Assembly (NCBI GenBank): GCA_963744145.1
Contig: CAVUSO010000001.1
Location: 5,856,001 to 5,920,000, forward strand
Length of the DNA: 64,000 nt
From: an uncultured cyanobacterium
Lineage (GTDB): Bacteria; Cyanobacteriota; Cyanobacteriia; Cyanobacteriales; CAWUOF01
Reading direction: 5' to 3'
The number at the start of each line of letters is the position of its first letter. Positions within the stretch are counted from its first letter, which is position 1. The position numbers were made by a program, and so were the translations under genes. Positions 9,903 through 20,304 of the stretch are shown one piece after another. Under the pieces are notes generated by a model, which ran no database searches, was not told the DNA's origin, and saw only the letters and a program-made list of their open reading frames with translations.

Positions 9903-10934
9903 ATGTTAAACCTAGATGGCTTTAATTCTGATTCAAATCTGCTGATCGATTGTATTACTTTACGCCAGCAACTAACACAACTATCTGAACCAATTATTGT
10001 GGGAGTTGCAGGAGATAGCGGTAGTGGTAAAACGACTTACAGTGATGGAATTCGTCGTCTCATTGGTCTTGATCTGGTAGATACGATCGCGATGGACGGT
10101 TATCACAAGGAAGATCGAGAACAACGTGCGATTAGTGGTCGTTTACCCCTTGATCCAGATGCTAACTACCTAGATTTATTAGCAACACACTTACAAGCTC
10201 TCAAACAAGGGAAGTCGATCGAAGTTCCCATTTATAACCACGCAACTGGGAAATTTGACCCACCCATACCTTTTTCTCCCAAACCAATTGTGATCGTTGA
10301 GGGACTACATGCTCTTTACCCAGAATTATTAGGAATGTTAGATTTCAGTCTTTATGTAGATCCAGATCATGATGTGAAATGGGAGTGGAAGTTTGAACGA
10401 GATGTAAAAAAAAGAGGACATCGAGCTGAATCCCTGGTCGAGGAAATGCTCAAAAGGGAAGCAAGTTATAAGCGTTGGTTAGATTTCCAGAAAACTAATG
10501 CTGATGTGGTGATCAAAATTTCCACCAGTCACCTCAAAGAATTGGCCCGTCATGAATTTACAGGACAATTACCATCAGGTTATTATAAGGTAGAATTAAT
10601 TGTAGTTCCCGCTCCAAATCCGTTACCAACTTTACCTCTACCTTTTGATTTAGCTTCAATACTAGAAGCTAATCAACCTCCTTTTATGCTAGCAGCTGTT
10701 CCCTGTACTTATTGGGGAAGACAGGTGATGATTATTCATCTTGATGGAGTCTTGTCTCAATCAACTATTGCCCAATTAGAACAACATATTGTTGATTTTA
10801 CTGGTATTCCCATTCAGGAAACAACTCTCAGACGTGAACAAGAACGAGTTTCAGCAACAGAATTTGCTCAATTGTTAATTGTTTGGCGCTTTTTAGAACA
10901 AGCTGTTTCGATCGCTCAAAAAAAGATCACCTGA
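9903..10934 (+). CDS. Phosphoribulokinase-family kinase, atypical paralog
   Basis: GVAGDSGSGKTT, MDGYH, PIYNHATG.F, EGLH, WKFERDVKKRGH. Lacks the Cys of the canonical GDSGCGKS loop. Confidence 0.85.
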   Translation: MLNLDGFNSDSNLLIDCITLRQQLTQLSEPIIVGVAGDSGSGKTTYSDGIRRLIGLDLVDTIAMDGYHKEDREQRAISGRLPLDPDANYLDLLATHLQALKQGKSIEVPIYNHATGKFDPPIPFSPKPIVIVEGLHALYPELLGMLDFSLYVDPDHDVKWEWKFERDVKKRGHRAESLVEEMLKREASYKRWLDFQKTNADVVIKISTSHLKELARHEFTGQLPSGYYKVELIVVPAPNPLPTLPLPFDLASILEANQPPFMLAAVPCTYWGRQVMIIHLDGVLSQSTIAQLEQHIVDFTGIPIQETTLRREQERVSATEFAQLLIVWRFLEQAVSIAQKKIT

Positions 10935-10950
10935 TCAGGAAGCTCCAAAA

Positions 10951-12564
10951 CTATTTTTCTGTAGATGCAAAAGCTGGACAGTAACCTTCACTTGTCACCT
11001 TAAACCCAAACAAAGATGAAGCTTGGTTCCAACAACGCTGTCCGCGATAATGTTGACAGATTCCACAGCAATCTAACCCAACTGGAACTCGAGAGTCACT
11101 ACCTCGCTCTAAAAGTTCTCGTTGAGATACACCTCGTAATACCAGTTCCTCACCCTGCCATTTAGCTAATAATAAACCTGTATCCGCAAAATTTTGCCAA
11201 CGGGGGTCATCTGCGATCGCAGCAGAAAAGCTCATCATTACCTCCGTTTCCTGTTCGATTAACTCACCTTCATAGTTGGTTTCTGGTGGAGCTGGTTGCA
11301 AAAATGTTTCACCAATTGGCAATTCTACCAAAGTTCCTGCGGATGGACAATGCAACTGATACCGATTATTCAACTCATCTAAGCTAGTTAAATCAGCGAG
11401 ATAGGTAGGTGCGCCATGGATAAACATGATATGTTGAGGACGGAGATTATGAATTAATTGGGTGGTGCCTGGTCCATCACAATGCTGGGCTAATAAATAA
11501 CTTTCCATATTCGCTAAACTAGAGGGTTTAGGGTAAGGATAGGGGGGTTCAGGAGTAAATAAACGACCCGGTTTTTGCGATCGCAATAACAACCAAGGAC
11601 CAGTTTCAGGTTGACAATATTCCTTGAGATCATAATGCTTGTCCGTCAACACAATACAAGGAGATCGACCAACCGTAGCACGTTGCTCCGGATTTAAACG
11701 ACGTACACGAGGACGGATTCTTTCATCCCAAAATAAAGGTTGATGTCGGGCAAAATTTTGAATAGAAGCTGGAAAACTTGATAAAAGTTCTAAATAAGCA
11801 TCACAACCAGCAATGAGAGTCCCATCTACCCAGATATCGATATCGCGACCAGTAAAGCTATGATGAGAACGGAGTAACATTAGTAGTTCTTGACCTAACC
11901 CCAAGGTCGGTGCTGGTAAAAGGATTGATTGTCGTTCTGCGATCGCCCGATTAATCCGTTCCGCTAATTGATTTTCCTGCTGTTTCCGGTGGGGATGACG
12001 TGCTGTACCATAACTACCTTCTAAAATCAGAACATCTGGCTCTAAACCTCGTAATTCTTCTAAATGTAATCCTTCAACTAAACGGGAATTAGATAGAAAA
12101 AAATCTCCAGTATAAAATAATTTATAGGTGCGGAGTGGAGCTGTATAGGTGAGCAAAATAGCTGCGGCTCCGGGTAAATGACCCGCAGGAAATAATTCTA
12201 CCCTTAATCCACTTCTCACTTCAACTGGCGATCGCCAGGATAGGGGTTGACAATTGATCCCAATCTGGTCGCGGTTGATTTCTGGCCAATTTAAGGGCAA
12301 TAATTGAGTGGTAATCTCACTAGCATAGATTGGTAATTGGGGAAAGGCTGCGTTTAGTGCGAGTAAACCCCGCGCATGATCAGGATGTGCATGACTACAT
12401 AAGACTAAATCTGCGGGGATCTTGTCTGGGTCTGATGTTATCAGTGCTGAAATATTTTCTAGACCACAATCGAGAATAATCCGATGTGGTCCCATTCGCA
12501 TCAACAGACAAACACCTTCGTCTTTATGGTTGACACCGTATGGTAAACATTCCAGCTCAATCAC
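10951..12564 (-). CDS. MBL-fold beta-CASP hydrolase (RNase-like)
   Basis: LDCG, SHAHPDH, AGHLPGAA, YTGDF, EGSYG; Cys-rich C-terminus. Confidence 0.88.
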   Translation of the reverse strand: MIELECLPYGVNHKDEGVCLLMRMGPHRIILDCGLENISALITSDPDKIPADLVLCSHAHPDHARGLLALNAAFPQLPIYASEITTQLLPLNWPEINRDQIGINCQPLSWRSPVEVRSGLRVELFPAGHLPGAAAILLTYTAPLRTYKLFYTGDFFLSNSRLVEGLHLEELRGLEPDVLILEGSYGTARHPHRKQQENQLAERINRAIAERQSILLPAPTLGLGQELLMLLRSHHSFTGRDIDIWVDGTLIAGCDAYLELLSSFPASIQNFARHQPLFWDERIRPRVRRLNPEQRATVGRSPCIVLTDKHYDLKEYCQPETGPWLLLRSQKPGRLFTPEPPYPYPKPSSLANMESYLLAQHCDGPGTTQLIHNLRPQHIMFIHGAPTYLADLTSLDELNNRYQLHCPSAGTLVELPIGETFLQPAPPETNYEGELIEQETEVMMSFSAAIADDPRWQNFADTGLLLAKWQGEELVLRGVSQRELLERGSDSRVPVGLDCCGICQHYRGQRCWNQASSLFGFKVTSEGYCPAFASTEK

Positions 12565-12697
12565 AGTAATTTGCTCTCTGAGGCGAGTATAGTTGGTAGC
12601 ATCGTTATGGCCTAATCTTAGTCAGGACTTTAATAATAGCTAAAATTGTGATTAAATCCACACATTTCGCTATTTTGATGCTACTACACAGCTAGAT

Positions 12698-13510
12698 TTA
12701 ACCAAAAACTCGATGTTGCAGACTGGGCATTTGACGACGAACTTGTTCTAAACGGTTTGGGTTAATTTCTGCGATCGCCACACCAGGAAGATCACCTGCA
12801 TCGGCTAAAATTACTCCCCAAGGATCAACAATCATCGCATGACCGTGGGAGTGTCGCGTTCCATAGTGAAAACCTGTTTGAGCAGGAGCAATCAGATAAC
12901 AGGTATTTTCAATTGCCCTGGCTTGTAATAATATTTGCCAATGATCTTTGCCTGTATAAGCGGTAAAAGCCGCAGGGACAAACATCACATCCGCTCCCTG
13001 TTGGGATAAGTGTCGGTACAGTTCGGGGAACCTAATATCATAGCATACGGAAAGACCTAACTTACCGAAGTTGTTCGTATCATAAACCGTAGGTAGTTTT
13101 TGACCCGCTTGCACCTTACTTGATTCGCGATAGGTATTACCATCGGGTAGGTCAACGTCAAATAAATGTACTTTTTCATATCGAATTAGTTCTTGACCTG
13201 TAGAGTCTATCAGCAAAGCTGTATTGTAAAATTTGTCTTGATTGACTGGTACGGGATAACCACCACCAAGAATCGTCACTTGGTACTTTTGGGCCATTGT
13301 TTTCAAAAATTTTTCACTTCCTTGAGCGATCGCTTCAGCTTGATGTATTTTCACGGATTCATCACCCAGAAAAGAAAAATTTTCTGGTAAGCCAATTAAT
13401 TCTGCACCTCGATGAATCGCTAGATCAATCAATTCTTCAGCCTGAACCAAGTTTTTGTCTAGGTCAGGTCCACTGGTCATTTGAATGGCTGCGGCAAGAT
13501 AAGGTTTCAT
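12698..13510 (-). CDS. Carbon-nitrogen hydrolase, Nit1-like (deaminated glutathione amidase)
   Basis: E-K-C triad in PENF, YEKVHLFD and SVCYDIRFPE; ARAIEN. Confidence 0.92.
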   Translation of the reverse strand: MKPYLAAAIQMTSGPDLDKNLVQAEELIDLAIHRGAELIGLPENFSFLGDESVKIHQAEAIAQGSEKFLKTMAQKYQVTILGGGYPVPVNQDKFYNTALLIDSTGQELIRYEKVHLFDVDLPDGNTYRESSKVQAGQKLPTVYDTNNFGKLGLSVCYDIRFPELYRHLSQQGADVMFVPAAFTAYTGKDHWQILLQARAIENTCYLIAPAQTGFHYGTRHSHGHAMIVDPWGVILADAGDLPGVAIAEINPNRLEQVRRQMPSLQHRVFG

Positions 13511-13730
13511 CAGTTTAACTAAAATTTTTGGGTCTAGATTACCTGGTTGTAAAATATAGACATTATCATGATTATGTGTGAAGCAGATGATCTAATTTCC
13601 TGTACTCGCTCAAAGATTGCTAGGAAAAGCCGGCGCTGATCTGCTATCTTTGAGCGATGGGATGTAGTAATGACTAGGCTCTCATCATCCCGGTGGTTAA
13701 GAATCAATCGACCTCTTGGTTTCAATAGTT

Positions 13731-14126
13731 ATGAATATTATTCAAATTCTTCAAGACGATTACCAAAGATTTCCCATTGACCAGACTTATCATATTTATG
13801 CAGAAGATGTTTATTTTCAAGATCCTCTCAATCAATTTTGGGGGATTAAAAAATATCAAAAAATGATTGGACTAATCAAAACTTTTTTTCGGGAAACCAA
13901 ATTAGATTTACATGATATTAATCAATCAGAAAATTTGATTATCACTAAATGGACTTTAAGCTGGACAGCACCTGTACCTTGGCAACCACGCATGACCATT
14001 ACTGGTTGGAGTGAGTTGAAGTTGAATCCAGAAGGATTAATTATTAGCCATATCGATTACTGGAATTGTTCGATCTGGGATGTAATTAAGCAACTATGGC
14101 CAGTCAAAAGCCATCCTGAAAAATAG
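13731..14126 (+). CDS. DUF2358 / SnoaL-like protein
   Basis: IYAEDVYFQDP, WTLSW, HIDYW. ATG at 13731. Confidence 0.85.
   Translation: MNIIQILQDDYQRFPIDQTYHIYAEDVYFQDPLNQFWGIKKYQKMIGLIKTFFRETKLDLHDINQSENLIITKWTLSWTAPVPWQPRMTITGWSELKLNPEGLIISHIDYWNCSIWDVIKQLWPVKSHPEK
14024..14102 (+). repeat. Left direct repeat of the islet (within the DUF2358 3' end)
   Basis: 79 bp that match 18853-18929 with 4 mismatches and one 2-bp gap. Confidence 0.9.
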
Positions 14127-14140
14127 AGGCTATTAATAAT

Positions 14141-14243
14141 TAGGAATGAAAAATAAATAACTTGATGGTTTGGTTCGTAGTAAGCGATGATATCTCTCAA
14201 AAGCTTACTACAAGCGAGCGAATTATTTAATTTCTATTCCTTA
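14141..14243. repeat. MITE-like element with nested inverted repeats
   Basis: Imperfect outer inverted repeat TAGGAATGAAAAATAAATAA / TTATTTAATTTCTATTCCTTA; inner GTAGTAAGC / GCTTACTAC. Confidence 0.55.
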
Positions 14244-14463
14244 GCTATTTGTGGTAATTAAATAGGATCGGCTATGATTTTATTGCGTCTGATCTGATTT
14301 TTTCTGTCCGCTGCTATGCGATCGCCCATATTTTTAGCGATCGCGCAGATTAAAAATGGATGGTTAATCCTATATTTGTTATAAAATCACTAAACGCAAA
14401 TCCAATCAAATTAATGGCAGCGATTAAATTAGCTCAAGAATCAGATTAACTGGAGAAAATTTT

Positions 14464-15898
14464 GTGAACAAGACCCGCCTTGCTGTCGTTACAACTCTGG
14501 TAATAGCTACTAACATTTTCGTGACTAACCAGACACAAGCTCAACCAAAAAACTACCAGCCCAATAATATCTCGATCAACCACCCCGTACCCTCTATTCA
14601 GGACATCGAAACGAAGACACAACGGGATGTTCGCCTGGCCTGGTGGCGGGAAGCTCGGTTTGGGATGTTCATTCATTGGGGAATATATTCTCTTTTTCCC
14701 GCTGGTGGTGAGTGGATTATGAATAATGCTTCTATCCCAGTTTTCTTCTATAAAAACCTTGCTCCTCAGTTCAATCCAACCAGTTTCAGTGCTCATGACA
14801 TTGTTGCTCTCGCCAAATCAGCAGGGATGAAGTACATTGTGATCACGGCCAAACACCATGACGGATTTGCGATGTTTGACTCCAAAGCTGATCCCTTCAA
14901 CATTATCGCCGCTACACCTTTCCATCGTGATCCTTTGCAAGAATTGGCAGAAGAATGTCGCAAACAGGACATGAAACTAGGGTTCTACTACTCCCAGTTT
15001 CAGGACTGGACGGCTCCTGGTGGGGGTGCATTAGATAATAGCTGCCATAACAGAAACAAAGATACTAATCACTGGGACAAGGTTCAGGATGGTAGCTTCG
15101 ACGATTACCTCAAAAACAAGGCTATTCCCCAGATCAAGGAACTACTTACTAATTACGGAGATTACCCGGATATTCTTTGGTTTGATAGCCCAGAAAAAAT
15201 GACCTCAGCAAGTGCGGCGGAGATAGTCAAAGTTCTAAATCAATACCCTAAACTCATTTGGAACAATCGCCTTGGCGGCACATACCAGGGCGACACGGAG
15301 ACACCAGAGCAGCAAATCCCACCGCAAGGTTTGCCCGGGCACGACTGGGAAACTTGCATGACGATGAACGCTTCTTGGGGTTACAGTTCTACCGATACAA
15401 TATACAAGTCAGCCACAACTCTGTTACATAGTCTGATTGATGTTGCTAGTAAAGGCGGTAACTATCTGCTTAATATTAGTCCTGACTCTCATGGTATTGT
15501 GCCGCCACCGCAGGTCGAGCGTCTGCAACAGATTGGCAAATGGCTGAGTGTAAATGGAGAAGCTATTTATAAAACTCAGGCAACTCTTTTTGGCCCAGAA
15601 GCTGGTTTCTTCAGTTCAACTGAAAAAAAAGAAAATGGACAACCAGAATTTATCCCAACCTGGAACTGGCGATCGACCACTACCCCAGAGAAGATTTATA
15701 TTGAGATCTTCGTTTGATCCGAAAGGTTCTTTCCATCTAAACAAACTGCCGCGACGAGTGAGTAGTGCTTACTTATTGGCCGATCCAGCCCATCAGCCTC
15801 TCAAACTGACCCAAAATGGTGATGGTCTCGATATTGAATTACCTGCCCAGCCACTCGATCCAATGGCAACTGTACTTGTTCTCAATACACTAAGATAA
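14464..15898 (+). pseudogene. Secreted alpha-L-fucosidase (GH29), frameshifted near 15715
   Basis: Signal-peptide-like N-terminus; FGMFIHWG, AKHHDGF, ILWFD, WETCMT, GNYLLN. The C-terminal domain continues in another frame (PKGSFHL...ATVLVL). May be a sequencing error. Confidence 0.85.
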
Positions 15899-15924
15899 TT
15901 TGAGTTGTCTCACTTTTATTAACG

Positions 15925-18596
15925 TTAGTTGATGAATCCTTCTGGGCCAATTTTCGCGATGGGAATCGGCTGAAAGCCCAGTTGAAAAGCAGGAGAATTA
16001 GGCGCGAGACGATAATCGTTTTTTTCCGGGCTAATAAATTGCGGATTGCTGATCAGAGAATGGCGGTCAAAACCTGCTGCTTGCCATTGAGTAAAATTAC
16101 CTTCTGGTGTAATATTTTTTGGTGTATTGGCTAAGCTTAAACCTCCAACTTGCCAGTAAAGATTGAAGTCAATCTGTGCAAAAGCATCATGGTGCCACTT
16201 GCTCCCACCACTTTTCCAAAGACTAGCATTGGGAGCGTCAAATACAACAATATTGCGTCGAAAAATATTGCCTTTCATTAAATCATCGCGCTGGAGAAAG
16301 TTGATTTGCTCTTTTGCCCCATTCACCCAAAAAATGTTATTTTCAAAAGTATTGTTTTTGCCGTTGGAAAATAAGATCGCAGCCGTTGCTATGTCTAGGA
16401 TAATATTTCCATAAATCGTCGTACCACTACTATCGTCGTCAAGGAAAACCCCTGAACTCATATAAGGTGTTACAATTTCCTCGTCCGATTTAGTTACCAG
16501 ACCAGGGGTGCGACGAATTAAGTTGAATCGAATCACGTTACCACTTGATTGGCGATCGCGTCCAAGAGTTTCAATCGCTCCGGTATCATTAGTTTCCTGA
16601 TTCGTATCTACAATTTCATTAAATTCTACCAAATTGTTGTGAGAAAAATTAATCTCGTCATAAGTTTTTAAAGAAATCCCATAACGAGGCAAGCGGTGGA
16701 TGCGATTGTGAATAATCCGGTTGCCACTTCCTGTAGTCACATATACTCCCGCTATATGCTTGTAAATTAGCCCGCAATCGTGAATGTCATTGGCAGCAAT
16801 TAAATTATTAAAAGGCTGGGTTTCTGTCGTTCCTAAAAGTACGACTCCACCTTGCCCTAACTGAGACATTCGGTTGCAAATAATGTGATTTTCCGAACTG
16901 TGCTTCTCCAATCGCACTGCATAGCCACCTAGGTTAAAAAATGTACAATTTTCAATCACACACTGTTGCGTACCACTGAGCCAGATCGCCGCATCAGCAA
17001 ACATATAATAGCTGCTATTACCATTGAGCCAGATCGCAGCATTGGCAAGAGTATAATCGTGGTTATTATCGACTTTCTGATTATCAAAATCACTATTTAA
17101 TACTGTATAGTTTGTATCAGTAAAAGTTAGTCCTCGAAAATAAACGTACTTGACAAAATTATCAGTTTGCGAGTCACCTTGCAAGACAATGAGGCGATCA
17201 AGGTGTGGTGCAACTACGTCCACATTTGGGAAATCAGGCTGAGTAGCCCAGTAAATTAATTCACCTGTTTTTGCATCTAGATACCACTCACCAGGACTGT
17301 CTAGCGCATCTCGCAGGTTGGCGATGAAAAAGCGATTGCCGGGTCGGATATCTTGCTGACTATTGACAAACAGCGTTTGACTTTCTTTGTTGACACTTGT
17401 AACGGGCAAAATCGTGTTAAGCCAACTCCAGGAAGGAAAAATATGTACTTCCGCCCCCTCCCAATTTTGCCATTGCGGAAACTTAGCCTGATCGATGAAG
17501 ATGCGATCCTGCAAACCAGGGATATCTGGCTTAGGTAGTTTAATTTCTTTGCCAATTGCACGCTGACAGGCTTCTGCTTGAATTAATACTAAATGGTGAT
17601 TGGCTGTTGGCGGTTGCAGTTCGTATTTAGACCACCAAGTAAGGATGCGAATAGCCGTTTCTGGATGCCAATCTGGGTCGTCTGTCAAACAAAAAGCGTC
17701 AAGTTGAAATTTGCCATCTTGAAGATTTTCCCAGACTAGGGTTTGTTCACCAGCCATTAAACGAATTGTCGAGGTCATTGCCCACTGATAGTTTCCCTCT
17801 TCTTTTGTAGCGGGCAAATTTTTCAGCCGCGATTGGCTACTTTCCGATCGCAGAATAGCCCAGTCATCCTGATTAGTGCCAAGATTGTGAGAGTAGCGAA
17901 CCCAGATTTTATAGTCCTCCGCCTCCGGTATCACGATTTTCCATTCCAATCTATCATTGGCATTATTGAGGCTGACGCTGCTATTAAAAGCCCCCTTTTC
18001 CCAAGGTTTGCCCCACCATTGGGCGTACAACCAACCTCCAAGGATAGGTTGTTTTGGATCGAATTTGGGATAACGTGCCCGAGTGCCCACTCACCATTGG
18101 TACGAAGTAAGCGAAAATACCATTTCCCAGTTTTGACATTTGGTAATGTTGCCACCCAAAGGTGATCGTTAAGTTTTCGCCAATTCTTGATCTGCTTCCC
18201 ACCGCTGAAAATGGGAATTTCGCTGGGAAAAGCTGCAAAAATTACCGGACATTCAGCAGTTCCGGAATCTTCCGGTTCTAGTAATAAAGGTTGTTCTAAA
18301 TAATAAGTGCCACCCCGCGCAAAAACCGTCACGGGTTGTTTTAAAATACCGCCTTGCTGACGTTTGAGTTCACGGATAGCGTCGCGCGATCGCCAAAAAG
18401 TCGCAAAAGGGCCATCTGTTTTGGTCTCATTAGGATTAGCCAATTTGCCTGACCAAGTATCACTACCCTCCGGCGCAATATAAAACACAATACCATTGCT
18501 TTGGAGATTCGATGCCAGACTGGCACGGGCAGTGGTTGAAAGCTTGATTGCTAACCCTCCCAAACTCATCCAGGCTAAAAAAGTGCGACGATCCAT
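15925..18596 (-). pseudogene. Tat-exported right-handed parallel beta-helix (pectin-lyase-like) protein, frameshifted near 18084
   Basis: Tat motif MDRRTFL; FYIAPEGSDTWSG..DGPFAT, RGGTYYL, RARYP, LDSPGEWY, DTGAI. ORFs 17931..18596 and 15925..18090 join if one base is restored. Confidence 0.85.
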
Positions 18597-18621
18597 GACG
18601 ATTGGGTGATTAAGTTTAATG

Positions 18622-18681
18622 TCAGTTTGATGGACTAGACAAAGCTGAAAAAAAGGCTAAGACTAGATTTGAAGAATTAGG
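18622..18681. repeat. Dispersed bipartite repeat, copy 1
   Basis: 33-bp block TCAGTTTGATGGACTAGACAAAGCTGAAAAAAA and 15-bp block ATTTGAAGAATTAGG, both identical at 45557-45618. Confidence 0.85.
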
Positions 18682-18852
18682 ACTCAGTTATCCTTGATAT
18701 TATATCACGCCTTGATATCACCTGTTCTTTAAATTGCCAATATTCCTCTGGTTTGTATCTCTGAAGTTAGTTCAATTTAGCATTAATTGACAAGTTAGAT
18801 TTAGAGCCAAATAAATAACTGAAACGGGTAAAACCAGAATCAATATGTCCAG

Positions 18853-18929
18853 GAATCTAGCAGGATTAATTATTAGCCATATATTAATGGAATTGTTCGA
18901 TCTGGGATGTAATTAAGCAACTATTGCCA
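18853..18929 (+). repeat. Right direct repeat of the islet (orphan copy of the DUF2358 3' end)
   Basis: Contains TGGAATTGTTCGATCTGGGATGTAATTAAGCAACTAT, identical to 14061-14097. Confidence 0.9.
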
Positions 18930-18980
18930 AGAAACAGCTAAAATAGTAGAAATAACTTGCGAGACAGGATTTGACTATTC

Positions 18981-20168
18981 ATGCGCTTAATATTGATGAC
19001 CGGGAAAGGGGGCGTTGGTAAGACTTCTGTCGCTGCGGCTACGGGTTTGCGTTGTGCTGAGTTAGGCTATAAGACGTTAGTATTGAGTACCGATCCAGCC
19101 CACTCTCTCGCAGATAGTTTTGATTTGGAATTGGGTCATGAACCCCGTTTAGTTCGCTCCCATCTCTGGGGCGCAGAATTAGATGCTTTAATGGAATTAG
19201 AAGGAAATTGGGGTGCTGTCAAACGCTACATTACCCAAGTTTTACAAGCTAGGGGATTAGATGGTGTTCAAGCGGAAGAATTAGCTATTTTACCAGGAAT
19301 GGATGAGATTTTTGGTCTAGTGAGAATGAAACGCCATTATGATGAAGGTGAGTACGATGTATTGATTATTGATTCAGCTCCTACGGGGACGGCACTACGT
19401 TTGTTGAGTTTGCCAGAAGTTGGTGGCTGGTATATGAGAAGATTTTATAAGCCATTACAACAGATGTCTGTAGTTCTTAGACCATTAGTTGAACCGTTAT
19501 TTCGACCGATCGCGGGTTTTTCTCTTCCTGATCAAGAAGTGATGGATGCACCTTATGAATTTTATGAGCAAATTGAGGCGTTAGAAAAGGTATTAACTGA
19601 TAATACAATTACTTCGGTGCGACTAATTACTAATCCTGAAAAGATGGTAATTAAGGAGTCCCTGCGTGCCCATGCTTATTTGAGTTTGTATAATGTCGCT
19701 ACAGATTTAGTTGTAGCTAATCGCATTATTCCCGAAGAAGTAACTGATCCATTTTTTAAGAGATGGAAAGAAAATCAAGAAGAATATCGTCAGGAAATTC
19801 ATGCAAATTTCCGACCTTTACCAGTGAAAGAGGTGCCTTTATATTCAGAGGAAATGTGTGGATTAGCAGCTTTAGATCGGTTGAAGGAAACTCTTTATAA
19901 AGATGAAGATCCAGCCCAGGTTTATTATCAGGAAACAACGGTTAAAATAGTACAAGATAAAGACCAATATAGTTTGGAACTATATTTACCGGGAATGCCA
20001 AAAGATAAAATCCAGCTCACTAAAACTGGTGATGAATTGAATATTCGGATTGGTAATCATCGCCGTAATATGGTTTTACCACAAGCTTTGGCAGCTTTGC
20101 AACCGTCCGGAGCAAAGATGGAAGAAGATTATCTGAAAATTCGCTTTGCTGATGTAGCTAGAGTGTAG
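18981..20168 (+). CDS. ArsA/Get3/TRC40-family ATPase with C-terminal alpha-crystallin-like domain
   Basis: [31 protein letters not shown]20-like tail. Confidence 0.93.
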   Translation: MRLILMTGKGGVGKTSVAAATGLRCAELGYKTLVLSTDPAHSLADSFDLELGHEPRLVRSHLWGAELDALMELEGNWGAVKRYITQVLQARGLDGVQAEELAILPGMDEIFGLVRMKRHYDEGEYDVLIIDSAPTGTALRLLSLPEVGGWYMRRFYKPLQQMSVVLRPLVEPLFRPIAGFSLPDQEVMDAPYEFYEQIEALEKVLTDNTITSVRLITNPEKMVIKESLRAHAYLSLYNVATDLVVANRIIPEEVTDPFFKRWKENQEEYRQEIHANFRPLPVKEVPLYSEEMCGLAALDRLKETLYKDEDPAQVYYQETTVKIVQDKDQYSLELYLPGMPKDKIQLTKTGDELNIRIGNHRRNMVLPQALAALQPSGAKMEEDYLKIRFADVARV

Positions 20169-20189
20169 AAAGAGATTTAGCTGTATGCT

Positions 20190-20217
20190 GTCGGAGCAAT
20201 TGATAAATTGCCCCGAC
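20190..20217. terminator. Hairpin between convergent genes
   Basis: GTCGGAGCAATT-GATA-AATTGCCCCGAC. Confidence 0.55.
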
Positions 20218-20304
20218 TTGATCTAAGCCTAGATTTTAGACAGGACTAGATGCGATCGCGCGACAGTAATTAATCTAGCTTTTTTTAATTAGTTTATCTC
20301 TTGA

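Noticed and set aside
13193..13725. Short ORFs 13193..13390, 13297..13518 and 13534..13725
   Set aside because: Antisense shadows of Nit1 or intergenic frames with no homology cues.
14446..18526. Short alternative-frame ORFs inside the fucosidase and beta-helix genes
   Set aside because: Shadows of longer motif-bearing genes. Only 15554..15898 and 17931..18596 were kept, as frameshift halves.
18981..20168. Arsenic resistance operon
   Set aside because: No arsB, arsC, arsR or arsD nearby; a single ATPase domain with an HSP20-like tail fits the Get3-like clade.
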